NCBI GenBank assembly: GCA_036918135.1
Contig: JBALDB010000007.1
Coordinates: 224,001 to 288,000, forward strand
Direction of reading: 5' to 3'
From: Nostoc sp.
GTDB lineage: Bacteria; Cyanobacteriota; Cyanobacteriia; Cyanobacteriales; Nostocaceae
DNA: 64,000 nt
The notes beneath the pieces are model-generated. The model was not told the origin of the DNA. It made no database searches and was given only the letters and a program-made list of their open reading frames with translations. Both the position numbers and the translations under genes were made by a program. Positions within the stretch are counted from its first letter, which is position 1, and every line of letters starts with the position of its first letter. Shown piece after piece: positions 31,531-42,288 of this stretch.

Positions 31531-31581
31531 ACATAGTTAGCAGTTTTGAGTGCTGAGGTTGAGTTGAATTAAATACTAGAT

Positions 31582-31619
31582 AATAAAAAGGCAAAAGTAA
31601 AACATTTTTGCCTTTTTAT
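31582..31619. terminator. Rho-independent terminator-like hairpin
   Basis: ATAAAAAGGCAAAA...TTTTGCCTTTTTAT. Confidence 0.75.
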
Positions 31620-31653
31620 CTTATTAATATACTACTTAGTCCTTAGCAAAAAT

Positions 31654-32751
31654 ATGTACGATACTTTTAATAGAATTATTGGTCGAACTCGCTATGTGGT
31701 CTCTCGCTTATTTTTGCATTTAGGGGGGAGTGGGGTAGCACCAATTTTGAGAGTATTAAATAGTGCTGGAGAGGATGCAATTGAGGCTGATGGTGACTTA
31801 GAAGTTTTAGGAGAAATATTGGTAGAACTCTGTCAAACCTTGTTGCAATATGATGAATACTGGCTTTCAGTTGCTAATGAAGGAGATGTATTTTGGGATG
31901 AAGGCGAAGCGGGAGATTACGTAAATGAATTATTTAGTGACTCTGCTCAAAGATATCTCAGCCAACCAGATTACAGTTCTGCCTCTGGATTTAATGAACC
32001 TTTATCTGTATCTATAACCCACAACCTAATTGTGATAATTGTAGTAGCTTATGAGGGAGAAGTACCAGAATTGGAAACTGACCTTTCTAACGTTCAAGCG
32101 TTAAAGGAAGGTTTAAAATACTTAATCAATTTCGACTACAAACATAAATTCAGGGCAATTCAAGTACATTTCTCGCCAGCACAGTTAGGCGATGAACTCA
32201 CTAACGATCAGTTATTGCAATATTATCCGGAATTAGTTTCTCTTCAGACTACTAAATCTGAATCTACATTATCTAAGCCATCTCCTCAAGCTATTAATGA
32301 AGCTATCGAAGTTTTCTTCTCCTATGCCCCTGAAGACGAAGCTTTGCTGGAAGAACTAGTTAAGCATCTTTCAATTTTACAACGCCAGCAAGTAATTAAC
32401 GCTTGGTACGATCGCCAAATCAGTCCAGGAGCAGAAACGAATGCTGAGATTGATGAACACTTCAATACAGCTCGGATAATTTTGCTGCTGATTAGTGCTG
32501 ATTTTTTACGTTCTGATGATTGCTATAGTACTATTGAACGGGCAATGAAACGTCACAAAACCGATGATGCCCGTGTTATTCCTGTAATTCTCCGACCAGT
32601 TGATTATAAAGGCGCAGCATTTACCAACCTCCAACCTCTGCCTGTAGATGGTAAGCCTGTTACCCAATGGACAAATCTTGATGCAGCCTTTGCTAATGTG
32701 GCTACAGGCATCCGAAAAGTAGTCGAGGAATTAGCCTCAAAAAATTCATAG
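31654..32751 (+). CDS. DUF1517-like paralog fused to a C-terminal TIR domain
   Basis: First ~197 aa align colinearly with 29986-30579; C-terminus EVFFSYAPED...WYDRQISPG...ILLLISADFL...RVIPVILRP...LP.DGKPV..W is TIR_2-like. Confidence 0.88.
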   Translation: MYDTFNRIIGRTRYVVSRLFLHLGGSGVAPILRVLNSAGEDAIEADGDLEVLGEILVELCQTLLQYDEYWLSVANEGDVFWDEGEAGDYVNELFSDSAQRYLSQPDYSSASGFNEPLSVSITHNLIVIIVVAYEGEVPELETDLSNVQALKEGLKYLINFDYKHKFRAIQVHFSPAQLGDELTNDQLLQYYPELVSLQTTKSESTLSKPSPQAINEAIEVFFSYAPEDEALLEELVKHLSILQRQQVINAWYDRQISPGAETNAEIDEHFNTARIILLLISADFLRSDDCYSTIERAMKRHKTDDARVIPVILRPVDYKGAAFTNLQPLPVDGKPVTQWTNLDAAFANVATGIRKVVEELASKNS

Positions 32752-33356
32752 AAGGTTCGCGGTTAGATGTTAACGATACGCCTACCTAAAAGCAATATTT
32801 TGCAATCTGCTGTATAAGCTCAGATACACACCTACATATTTTAATTTAGCAAATCAGGGCAAAATCCACGTTCCTAAAGATAATTTATTTAGGAATAAAT
32901 ATTTAATAAAAAGTCTGTGCTAATAATAGCTTTAACAACTGAAAGTTTAGTCAAAATTAATACAAATAATTAAGTAAAATTATTGAAAAAGTTTGTGGCG
33001 ATCGCTAACACTTTTTTCCTAACAAATACATCTTTTTCATTATCAGTAGTTGTAGAAAAAATCAAAAACAAGACCCAACCAAAGATATCAATGGTACTTG
33101 CTCAATCAGGAGAACGATTTTGAGGAAACAAGTAGGCGATCGCAGCGTAACCAGATATAGTGAGTAAACTAACCAAAAAACCAGCCAGAACAAAATTAGG
33201 CATACAATCAAAAATACAAAATCAGCGTTATCTTCTATACAATATCTAAATCTCGCGTCTTCAAAAATCAAGATTTTAGATACTTCCAACCTAGCAATCA
33301 GGTATGACATAGCCGTGACTAGCTGATGTCAATTTCTTGTATTTCATGTGTTTGAC

Positions 33357-34454
33357 TCAAGCTAAAGGCAGAAAAAAACGAAACGTACTACCAATTCCCA
33401 ACTCGCTTTCTACTTGAATCTGACCGCCTTGTAATTCAATCAAACGCCGGGAAATCGTTAAGCCAATACCAGTACCTCCGGAATGGCGATCGCGCGATTG
33501 GTCAGCTCGCCAGAAGCGCTCAAACACATGGGGCAAATTTTCTCTTTCGATACCAATACCTGTATCTCTAACCGCAATCCAAAGTTTAGATGCTTCAATC
33601 TCAACACGAATAGTAATTGAGCCTTCGTTGGTGTAACGCACTGCATTACCAAGCAGATTAACCAACACCTGTTCTGTGCGATCGATATCTGCCAATACAG
33701 GAGGCAGTACAGAGGGACATTCCAAGTACAGAACTGGCCCATCTTCCAACAACTGGTCAGTAAATTTCTCTACTAAGGACTCTAACAACGGACGCAAATT
33801 TATCCGCTGTATATTAATTGGCAGATAACCAGCTTCCGCCTTCGACAGTTCTTGTAAATCATTCACCAACCGCTCTAAGCGCCTAGTTTCTTTCGCTAAA
33901 CGTCGATAAATTTCTGGAGACGCTTCAATTTCCCCATCAGCCAGTTCTTCCAAATAACCGCGCACAACTGTTAACGGTGTCCGTAGTTCATGGGTCATGT
34001 CTCCAATCACTTCTCGTCGTCGCACTTCCACCCCTTCTAAACTAGCTGCCATCCGGTTGAAACTAGCACCTAATCCATTAAGTTCTGGAATATCAGACAT
34101 AGGTAATCGTGCATCCATCTGACCAGCAGCAAATTTTTGGGTGATTTGTTCCATCTCGGTCAACCGCCGCATAATCCTTCTAGACACCCAGTAACTCAAT
34201 CCTCCAGCAGCTGTACTACCGACTAAAACTGACCAAACGGTGCTTCGCTGCCAAGCAATTTCAAATCCTGCTACCAATTCAGTACGGACATCAATTAAAT
34301 CAAACCCCTGATTTTCCAGTCGTTCCAAATGCAAGACAAACAATCGAGGGGAAGAAATTCTGCTGATAATGACTAGACTAGCTACTCCCACTATCATTAC
34401 TACTAAGTGAGAAAAAAATAGTCGTCCTCTCAGCCCCATCTTCATAACACTCAC
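33357..34454 (-). CDS. HAMP-domain sensor histidine kinase (BaeS-like)
   Basis: Two TMs, [18 protein letters not shown] and GGTGIGL. Confidence 0.93.
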   Translation of the reverse strand: MSVMKMGLRGRLFFSHLVVMIVGVASLVIISRISSPRLFVLHLERLENQGFDLIDVRTELVAGFEIAWQRSTVWSVLVGSTAAGGLSYWVSRRIMRRLTEMEQITQKFAAGQMDARLPMSDIPELNGLGASFNRMAASLEGVEVRRREVIGDMTHELRTPLTVVRGYLEELADGEIEASPEIYRRLAKETRRLERLVNDLQELSKAEAGYLPINIQRINLRPLLESLVEKFTDQLLEDGPVLYLECPSVLPPVLADIDRTEQVLVNLLGNAVRYTNEGSITIRVEIEASKLWIAVRDTGIGIERENLPHVFERFWRADQSRDRHSGGTGIGLTISRRLIELQGGQIQVESELGIGSTFRFFLPLA

Positions 34455-34542
34455 CCTCGCCTCACTGGAAGTAAAAAGTTAAAAGGAAAAACAAAGAAAA
34501 ATCCAGATTTCTTTTTACTTAGTTATTTTTACTTTTTACTTG

Positions 34543-35253
34543 TTAACCCATCGCCGAGTCTTCAAACTTATAGCCAACCCCTACAACAGTTTTAATAAAA
34601 GTGGGATTTGCCGGATCGGGTTCAATCTTTTTTCGCAACCGAGCTACATGAGTATCCACCACACGTTCATCACCAAAAAAGTTATCTCCCCAAAGTTTGT
34701 CAATTAGTTGGGTACGATTCCAAACTCGACCGGGATTACTGACAAAGGTGGTCAGCAAATTAAATTCTAGAGTAGTTAAATCCAGAATTTCTGGTTGCTG
34801 AGAATTCATCTGCCGACTAGCAGTGCGCTGATCTACATCTACTATAAAGTGTTGGGTACGACTGACTTGGTGTTGTCCCCCTTGACGGAGACTACGCCGC
34901 AATAGCGCCCGTACCCTGGCTACTAACTCTCTGGGGCTAAAGGGCTTTACCATGTAATCGTCAGCACCAGTAGACAAACCAATCACGCGATCGATTTCTT
35001 CGCCTTTAGCGGTGAGCATCAAAATATAAGGATCTTTTGCACCTGGTTTTTGGCGAATTCTGGCACAAACTTCCAGCCCATCCAAACCAGGAATCATTAA
35101 ATCTAGAATGATTAGATCGGGTGTTTGCTCTTGAAACATCCGTAAAGCATTGATGCCATCACGACTAATACGGCAGAAAAATCCTTCTTTTTCTAAAGAG
35201 AGTTGGATTAAATGAGCAATTTCTGCTTCATCTTCAACTATTAAAATATCCAT
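34543..35253 (-). CDS. OmpR-family response regulator
   Basis: Receiver plus winged helix (RVVDTHVARLRKKIE...TVVGVGYKF). Confidence 0.95.
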   Translation of the reverse strand: MDILIVEDEAEIAHLIQLSLEKEGFFCRISRDGINALRMFQEQTPDLIILDLMIPGLDGLEVCARIRQKPGAKDPYILMLTAKGEEIDRVIGLSTGADDYMVKPFSPRELVARVRALLRRSLRQGGQHQVSRTQHFIVDVDQRTASRQMNSQQPEILDLTTLEFNLLTTFVSNPGRVWNRTQLIDKLWGDNFFGDERVVDTHVARLRKKIEPDPANPTFIKTVVGVGYKFEDSAMG

Positions 35254-35340
35254 CTAAATTAGCATCGAATGAAATACGCAGATTTAATCAGACAGCCAGA
35301 CAAAGGCAAAGACCTGTCGCAAGTTGTCTTTTTGTCCTCC

Positions 35341-35376
35341 GAAGTTTGGAGCAAAAAAAGCCTTTGCTCCAACTTC
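35341..35376 (-). terminator. Hairpin downstream of the NYN gene
   Basis: GAAGTTTGGAGCAAA...TTTGCTCCAACTTC. Confidence 0.6.
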
Positions 35377-35412
35377 TGTTTTTGTCTGGGCTACTCCCCA
35401 CATCTTCTTACT

Positions 35413-36108
35413 TTAAAAGTTTGAATTTGTCGGGGTTCGGTAACTATAACCAAGATTAGAATCTTTTTGAATGTATGTTTTAATACTATCTAGGTCAATA
35501 AAGCAGTCAGCAACATCAATTAAGCTTTCGCTAGTCGTCGTTTGTAGACTAACGACTTCCACCCTAACTCCCATTCTGCTGACTGCGTTCACAGCATAAG
35601 CTAAATCTCCATCTCCACTAACTAATACCGCAGTATCATAGTAAGGAGCTAGAGTGATCATATCTACAGCAATTTCTACGTTCAGATTTGATTTTTTAAA
35701 ATTATCTGCTGAAACAACCAGATCTTTTGCGACTACACGATAGCCATTACGACGCATCCACAGTAGAAAACCCTGTTGCTTCTCATTTGTGAGATCGACC
35801 CCAGTATAGAAAAAAGCACGTAAAAGTCTCGAACCGTTAGTTAAATGACAAAGTAATTTAACGTAGTCAATTTCTATGCCGAGTTGTAAAGCTGTATGAA
35901 ATAGGCTTAAGCCATCAATAAAAATAGCAACTCGACCGCGATTCAAGGTATTAAAAATGGAACTATCAGGTGCAGTATCTCGCATCTTAGTATCTTTACC
36001 TTTGATAGCAGTATCGCTCAAGTTTTGCCCTTGCCAGTGTGGTTTAGCTTTGAGTATTTTAGGTTCATTTAATTCATTTCTTTGTTTGCTAAAATTAGTT
36101 ATAATCAT
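35413..36108 (-). CDS. NYN-domain (LabA/DUF88-like) protein
   Basis: RVAIFIDG, VEIAVDM, LVSGDGDL and LIDVADCFIDL. Confidence 0.88.
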   Translation of the reverse strand: MIITNFSKQRNELNEPKILKAKPHWQGQNLSDTAIKGKDTKMRDTAPDSSIFNTLNRGRVAIFIDGLSLFHTALQLGIEIDYVKLLCHLTNGSRLLRAFFYTGVDLTNEKQQGFLLWMRRNGYRVVAKDLVVSADNFKKSNLNVEIAVDMITLAPYYDTAVLVSGDGDLAYAVNAVSRMGVRVEVVSLQTTTSESLIDVADCFIDLDSIKTYIQKDSNLGYSYRTPTNSNF

Positions 36109-36716
36109 TGATACCTCTGAATTTAAAATCTGAAAAGGGTTTTAGGTAAATTGTATATAGTATAGTCTCTGCTGATTTATAACCCTAGCAGGAAATTGAC
36201 TGAAGTAACTAGATCCAAATAAAGTTAACCGCTCCTGAATAAAGTCGAAAGTACTTTGAGCGCAAGTTTTTCACTAGCTCAGGGTAGATTGAATGAGATA
36301 TTACCTGTGCCCACAGATATGCTAGTATTTACCCACTGTAACTGCAAGAGTTAAAATAGAAATAGCTTCCCATAAGGTTATAAGCCCGAATAAGGGTAGT
36401 TGAGTGCGATTTATCTTTTTTATTTTACCTCTGTATTTTAATGACCTACAGTCTGGAACTTAATGAATTTTTATTCAATAAAGGTTGGCTCAAGCTGAGT
36501 ATGCCCAAATTTGAACAGAGTTTCAGTAAAAATAATGTAATGTGCGATCGCCTGCAAAATAAAAGTTAGAGCGAGCTATTTACCTAATCTTTAATACAAC
36601 TTTTATTAAAATTCATCTTCCTCAAAGAGTTATCAGTAGTTAGTACTATAAAACACTAACAACTGATAACTCCAAATCCAATCTTCCGACTTATTTAATA
36701 AGTCAGAAAGCCAACA

Positions 36717-37796
36717 TTAGCGTTGAGCTAACTTTTTGTTCGATGTGTAGTAAACCTTACTACCAGTATCGGGTACAAAATGGCAGTTCACGCATGAATT
36801 CCATAATGATTTCCAAATTGGTTCCTCTGATTTATGGAAATACTCACCCATTACTGGTTTTATCGCCTCAGTCGCCTTCAGTAAATTGTAGTGGGGGATG
36901 TTAAGGAATATGTGGTGAGCAACATGAGTACCAATATCATGATGGATATGATTAATCAAACCATAATCACGGTCAACACTCGAAATCGCACCTTTTAAAA
37001 AAGTCCAATCTTCTCCACGATACCAAGGAATATCTGGTTCAGTGTGGTGCAAGAATGTGACTAAATCGAGCCAAATTACGAACACAATGTAAGGTGCAGC
37101 GTAATACTTCAGTAACCACATCCAACCCCATAGATAGGTCAGGAAGGCCAGCAAACCTACCATACCAATCCAAAGAACAGTACTAGTAATTACATCCAAT
37201 TTTTCTGATGGTTTAAACAGTGGGCTACTGGGTAAAAAGTGAGAACCTTGCTTATTAGGAGAACGCTGAAATAAATACACAGGATAAGCCAATAGAAAAG
37301 CATAATATCGACCTATCTTTTGTACTAGTGGCATCTCCTTATACTGTGATTCACTTACAGGATACCAGCTTTCGTCATTATCGATATTACCAGTATTTTT
37401 GTGATGAGTTCTATGACTGATTCGCCAACCATGATAAGGAACAAGTATGGGAGTGTGAGCAAGATGTCCAATCAAATCATTCAACCATTTCTGCTTAGAA
37501 AAAGATTGGTGTCCGCAGTCGTGTCCGACTACAAACAAAGCCCAAAACATCGTTCCTTGCATTAACCAGAAAATTGGAAAGAAAAACCAAGAATCCAGCT
37601 GATAAGCAACTGCATAGAGCAAACCAATAATCAGGATGTCACGAAAGAAGTAAAAAAGTGATTTTGTCACATTTGGCTGAAAACATTCAGCAGGGATTGC
37701 AGCTTTTAAATCCTGAAGAGTAAAAGGCAGTTTGGTAGTATGCCCAGATGATTCACAACTGTGAGGAGCGTTGAGTGTGATGATATTTGATTGCAC
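36717..37796 (-). CDS. desB: Omega-3 (delta-15) acyl-lipid desaturase
   Basis: HDCGH, HGWRISHRTHH, HHDIGTHVAHH boxes. Confidence 0.92.
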   Translation of the reverse strand: MQSNIITLNAPHSCESSGHTTKLPFTLQDLKAAIPAECFQPNVTKSLFYFFRDILIIGLLYAVAYQLDSWFFFPIFWLMQGTMFWALFVVGHDCGHQSFSKQKWLNDLIGHLAHTPILVPYHGWRISHRTHHKNTGNIDNDESWYPVSESQYKEMPLVQKIGRYYAFLLAYPVYLFQRSPNKQGSHFLPSSPLFKPSEKLDVITSTVLWIGMVGLLAFLTYLWGWMWLLKYYAAPYIVFVIWLDLVTFLHHTEPDIPWYRGEDWTFLKGAISSVDRDYGLINHIHHDIGTHVAHHIFLNIPHYNLLKATEAIKPVMGEYFHKSEEPIWKSLWNSCVNCHFVPDTGSKVYYTSNKKLAQR

Positions 37797-38060
37797 TAGA
37801 TTCTTTATGTTGTAGAAATCGGAAGTTTATTTAAGGCAAGATCGTCTTACCAAGCAAGGCAAAAGAAACATCAAGTCAATACTTCTTTTGATTTCACTAG
37901 TATGCCCACGATACTACTTCTCTTAACATCTAAGAGAATAATTTATCGCAATTTACCTAACAATTTTAGTGAGTCAAGAATTGCCAGATTTTATTTAAAC
38001 ACGCACAAAGATAAACGCTCTCGTTGGTTTTAAGAGCGTCAATCAAGTTAGAAACCTTGT

Positions 38061-39113
38061 TTATCGTTCTGCGTAATATTCGTTAAAAGTCTGATAACCG
38101 ACATCGGTTTTGTAAAGTTGACATTGGTCTGTAATTTGTTTCATTAAAGACCAAGAAAACTGACATTCATCATGCAAATAAGGCTGCCAATTTTCTTTGA
38201 TGCTGCTATAAGCTAGCCGCAAATTATAAGAAGGAATAGCGGTGGAAATATGATGAGGGACATGAACATTGATATCGTGGCAGAGAATTTCTACCCAACG
38301 GGGATAATCGCAATGAACAGTACCAAATAACTGAGCTAGAGCCTCATTCCACTTGTTTGCTGCAACAAAAGGAACATCTGAAGCAGTATGGTGAACGATG
38401 GTAAAAGTACTCATCCAAAAGTGGTACACCAGCCAAGGCACTAGCCAAAACTTGACAAATCCCCAGATACCTGTAGTGGCGATTAGGAGCGGGAAAGCGA
38501 TCGCAGCAAACAATACTACCACAGCTACAGAAAGCTTGACACTCGATTGGTCTTTGGTTTTGAAATTCCGCCAATCAAAATGCACAACTGCCCAATGTCC
38601 AATGGAACCTACCCACCAGAAGCGTTTGCGAATGAACAACTCAAAAGCAGACTGTTGAATTTTATCCCAACTTTCAAACACTTCTGGGCTGATTGGATGC
38701 CAAGCATTGTCCTCATCGATTTTGTTGGTATGAGTATGGTGATAATTATGCTTAATCCGCCAACTGTGAAAAGGATAAATTAACGGCATCATAAAAAAGT
38801 GCCCGACCAAATCATTTACCCAACGACGTTTGGCAAATGATCTATGACCACAATCATGGCCGATTACAAAAAAACCTGTTAAAGCAGTACCGGTAAAAAT
38901 CCAAGCTAGAGGTAAAAGAAACCAAGGAGTGACACTCAGACTGTAGTAGCCCAAAGCAACTGCCAATACACTGAGTATTACTTGTGTCCAAGCCTTACGA
39001 CGGCTTTGCACAAAACATTCCCGTGGCAGGGTTTTGATAATATCTTTAAGCCTGAAGTCAGAATTCGCAGGCTCGTCACTTAGTTTCTGGCTCTTAATTA
39101 TTGATGTAGTCAT
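38061..39113 (-). CDS. desA: Delta-12 acyl-lipid desaturase
   Basis: [19 protein letters not shown] and [10 protein letters not shown]; start taken at MTTSIIK. Confidence 0.92.
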   Translation of the reverse strand: MTTSIIKSQKLSDEPANSDFRLKDIIKTLPRECFVQSRRKAWTQVILSVLAVALGYYSLSVTPWFLLPLAWIFTGTALTGFFVIGHDCGHRSFAKRRWVNDLVGHFFMMPLIYPFHSWRIKHNYHHTHTNKIDEDNAWHPISPEVFESWDKIQQSAFELFIRKRFWWVGSIGHWAVVHFDWRNFKTKDQSSVKLSVAVVVLFAAIAFPLLIATTGIWGFVKFWLVPWLVYHFWMSTFTIVHHTASDVPFVAANKWNEALAQLFGTVHCDYPRWVEILCHDINVHVPHHISTAIPSYNLRLAYSSIKENWQPYLHDECQFSWSLMKQITDQCQLYKTDVGYQTFNEYYAER

Positions 39114-39332
39114 GAACACCTGAAATACAACAAACTCCTCCACCAAGTCATCAAAAATAACTTGCCGCAAAGTTGCTTAATATTAGCGTCTCGGATTATA
39201 GCAACCTAACCTATACAAGCGCACCCGTAAATAGCTTTTTAAAAAGTTAGGAGTTAGAAATGATAAGTTATGACTTAAAAAAGTAGACATCCTAACTCCT
39301 AACCGGAGCTTTTAAAGTCTCCAGCGAGGCTT

Positions 39333-40154
39333 CTAACTAATTTTCGTTGGAGCCAACTTCACATTAGTAGCCAGACCAAGTGCTTGTAGTAATTGGATTG
39401 TCATCCAAGTTAAATCAATTTCCCACCATTCCAGCCCATGACGAGCGGAATATTGAAAAGCATGGTGATTATTATGCCAGCCTTCACCGAAAACTAGTAC
39501 GGCTACCCACCAGCAGTTAGTTGAGCGATCGCCAGAATTATGGCTTTGATAGCCAAATTTATGAGTAGCACTGTTTACTAACCAAGTGCAATGATAAACC
39601 CAGACAATGCGAACAAAAATTCCCCAAACAACAAACGACCAGCCACCCAGAAGTAGCAGTACTAAACCCAGAGCAATCTGGATAAAGATAAAATATTTCT
39701 GTAAAAACTGATAAACTGGATCTCCTGCAATGTCTTTGGTAAAGCGAGGAATTTCAGCTTGAGCGGGTGATTGATAAATCAGCCAACCGATGTGGCTCCA
39801 CCAGAAGCCTTTGTTGGAATCATGGGGATCGGGTTCAGTATCTGAGTGCAAATGATGGATACGATGTGTCCCTATCCATTCGATTGGTCCTCCTTGACAG
39901 GCGAGTGTCCCGAAAAAGACCAAAACATACTCCAACCATTTAGGAGTCTGAAAACTGCGATGGGTAACAAGGCGGTGAAATCCTAAGGTAATTCCTAAAC
40001 CACCAGTCACCCAGTACAGAAAGAAAGCCACACCAACTGCTTTCCAGCTAAAGTTACTAGGAACAAAGGCAAATAAAGCACCGATGTGCAGACCAATGAA
40101 AAACAGGGTATTAACCCAGTTGATTTGAGGTTTAGTTAAGGTAGCGATTGTCAT
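39333..40154 (-). CDS. desC: Delta-9 acyl-lipid desaturase
   Basis: GITLGFHRLVTHRSF, HRIHH and GEGWHNNHH; start taken at MTIAT. Confidence 0.92.
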   Translation of the reverse strand: MTIATLTKPQINWVNTLFFIGLHIGALFAFVPSNFSWKAVGVAFFLYWVTGGLGITLGFHRLVTHRSFQTPKWLEYVLVFFGTLACQGGPIEWIGTHRIHHLHSDTEPDPHDSNKGFWWSHIGWLIYQSPAQAEIPRFTKDIAGDPVYQFLQKYFIFIQIALGLVLLLLGGWSFVVWGIFVRIVWVYHCTWLVNSATHKFGYQSHNSGDRSTNCWWVAVLVFGEGWHNNHHAFQYSARHGLEWWEIDLTWMTIQLLQALGLATNVKLAPTKIS

Positions 40155-40239
40155 GCAGTAACCTGAATTGGAATTGTTTGGCCGAATCTGCGCGATCTGA
40201 AAATCCGCATATTTATAATTTTTTGTGAACGAGGAATTA

Positions 40240-41469
40240 ATGAACAGCTTGGAACAGCTGCGGCAAGCACAACACGCACTGTTAGAAATTTTTTCTGGTA
40301 TTGACACTCAGGTCAAGCATAATCTTAAAAGAGTGCTAGATGCGTTTCGTAATTACCGTGTAGGCGCACACCATTTTGCTGGTGTCAGCGGTTATGGTCA
40401 CGATGATTTAGGACGAGAAACTTTAGATAAAGTTTTTGCCGAAGTTATGGGTTCCGAAGCCGCAATCGTGCGAGTGCAGTTTGTTTCCGGAACTCATGCG
40501 ATCGCTTGTGCTTTGTTTGGTGTACTCCGTCCTGGAGACGAAATGTTAGCAGTAGTTGGCTCTCCTTACGATACGCTCGAAGAAGTCATTGGTTTACGGG
40601 GTGAAAGTCAAGGTTCCCTTATAGAGTTTGGCATAAAATACCGCCAATTAGAGCTAACACCCCAAGGAACTATAGATTGGCAAGCTTTAACTACTAGTGT
40701 GGCTGATAACACGCGTTTAGTCTTAATTCAACGCTCTTGTGGCTATTCTTGGCGTCCTAGTTTATCAATTGCCGATATTGAAAAAATTATTCGTGTAGTT
40801 AAACAGCAAAACCCCAACACCGTTTGCTTTGTGGATAACTGCTACGGCGAATTCATCGAAACCAGGGAACCCACAGCTGTAGGTGCTGATTTAATCGCAG
40901 GGTCATTGATTAAAAATCCTGGCGGTACGATTGTCAGCGCTGGTGGTTATGTCGCTGGTCGCGCCGACTTAGTGGAAGCTGCCGCCTGTCGCCTGACTGC
41001 TCCCGGTATCGGTAGTTATGGCGGTGCTACCTTTGACCAAAATCGCCTGTTGTTCCAAGGACTATTTCTGGCTCCACAGATGGTGGGAGAGGCGATGAAA
41101 GGGACGTACTTAACTGGTTATGTATTTGATAAACTTGGCTATCCAGTCAATCCCGCACCTCTAGCACCCCGTGGAGATGTGATTCAGGCAATTAAACTCG
41201 GTTCTGCCGAAAAGCTAATTGCCTTCTGTAAAGCCATACAACAACATTCTCCCATCGGTTCCTATCTCGACCCCGTTCCCGATGAAATGCCGGGGTACGA
41301 GAGCCAGGTAGTGATGGCTGGGGGGACGTTTATTGAGGGGAGTACCTTAGAATTATCGGCAGATGGGCCAATGCGTGAGCCGTATGTCGTTTATTGCCAA
41401 GGGGGGACTCATTGGACTCATGTGGCGATCGCATTGGAGGCGGCGATCGATGCAGTAGGGAGGGCTTGA
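40240..41469 (+). CDS. Methionine gamma-lyase family / aluminium-resistance (YnbB-like) PLP protein
   Basis: GYGHDDLGR, FVSGTHAI, QRSCGY, VDNCYGEF, GSLIKNPGG and MAGGTF. Confidence 0.9.
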   Translation: MNSLEQLRQAQHALLEIFSGIDTQVKHNLKRVLDAFRNYRVGAHHFAGVSGYGHDDLGRETLDKVFAEVMGSEAAIVRVQFVSGTHAIACALFGVLRPGDEMLAVVGSPYDTLEEVIGLRGESQGSLIEFGIKYRQLELTPQGTIDWQALTTSVADNTRLVLIQRSCGYSWRPSLSIADIEKIIRVVKQQNPNTVCFVDNCYGEFIETREPTAVGADLIAGSLIKNPGGTIVSAGGYVAGRADLVEAAACRLTAPGIGSYGGATFDQNRLLFQGLFLAPQMVGEAMKGTYLTGYVFDKLGYPVNPAPLAPRGDVIQAIKLGSAEKLIAFCKAIQQHSPIGSYLDPVPDEMPGYESQVVMAGGTFIEGSTLELSADGPMREPYVVYCQGGTHWTHVAIALEAAIDAVGRA

Positions 41470-41488
41470 TGGAGATTATATAACTATA

Positions 41489-42112
41489 GTGCAAACAATA
41501 CAAGCGCGGGATATCAGTCTTTACGAACTAGAAGAAAAATTTGGCTTGCAATCGGTGAAAAATGATGATTTTTTCACAGAACTGACAGAAAATTTGCCGT
41601 CACTAAGTGATGGCGAAAAATTATCTTTAGAACGAGTAAAAAACAATTATTTCAACTTAACTAAACGCCGTCCAATGTCAGAAGAAGCAGTAAAGATGAT
41701 AGTGTTGTCTCCACTGCTTGATTTAGCTGGTTTTTATCAACCTCATTTTGAGATTGAAACAGAAACTTCAACTGAAATTTCTGCTGTAGATGAAAGCGTT
41801 ATCGTTAAAGGCAATATTGATGTTTTAGTCCTAAACAAAAGATTTTGGGTACTAGTTATTGAATCTAAAAGCACTAAATTTGATGTGATAACCGCACTAC
41901 CCCAAGCACTTGCTTATATGCTTGATGCTCGTAATATTGAACAACCAATTTTTGGGTTAATTGTTAACGGGAGAGAGTTTGTTTTTGTCAAGCTAGTTCA
42001 GCAATAAAAGCCAAAATATGCTCGTTCTTATGCATTATCAATTGAACGCGATGCAGAATTCCAGCAGGTACTAAGTGTCTTGAAACACATTGGTCAATTA
42101 ATTGTGTTGTAG
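41489..42112 (+). pseudogene. HsdR-N-like PD-(D/E)xK nuclease-fold protein with an internal TAA (42005-42007)
   Basis: SEEAVKMIVLSPLL, GNID, VIESK, QALAYM and NGREFVF motifs; frame continues 34 codons past the TAA to TAG 42110-42112. Confidence 0.65.
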
Positions 42113-42124
42113 TCATAATTCAGA

Positions 42125-42203
42125 ATACTCTATCCATAAAGAGATAGAGTTTTACACTTATTAGAGCAGAAAGCCCATCGGCTTCTAGCCGTGGGATGAA
42201 TGA
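42125..42203. mobile_element. IS200/IS605-like end hairpins without transposase
   Basis: ACTCTATC...GATAGAGT and CCCATCGGCTTCTAGCCGTGGGATGAA hairpins. Confidence 0.5.
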
Positions 42204-42288
42204 GTATAAATTTTCTTACTGTCAGACCTTTTTAAATTTTGGATCTTCAATCTTCAATCGAAAATTTAAAATCTAAAATTCGGTCATA

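Noticed and set aside
33062..33310. 82-aa hydrophobic ORF after the BaeS-like kinase
   Set aside because: No recognisable family or clear RBS; may be real but cannot be supported.
36717..40154. desC-desA-desB cluster as a novelty
   Set aside because: A known arrangement in Nostoc/Anabaena.
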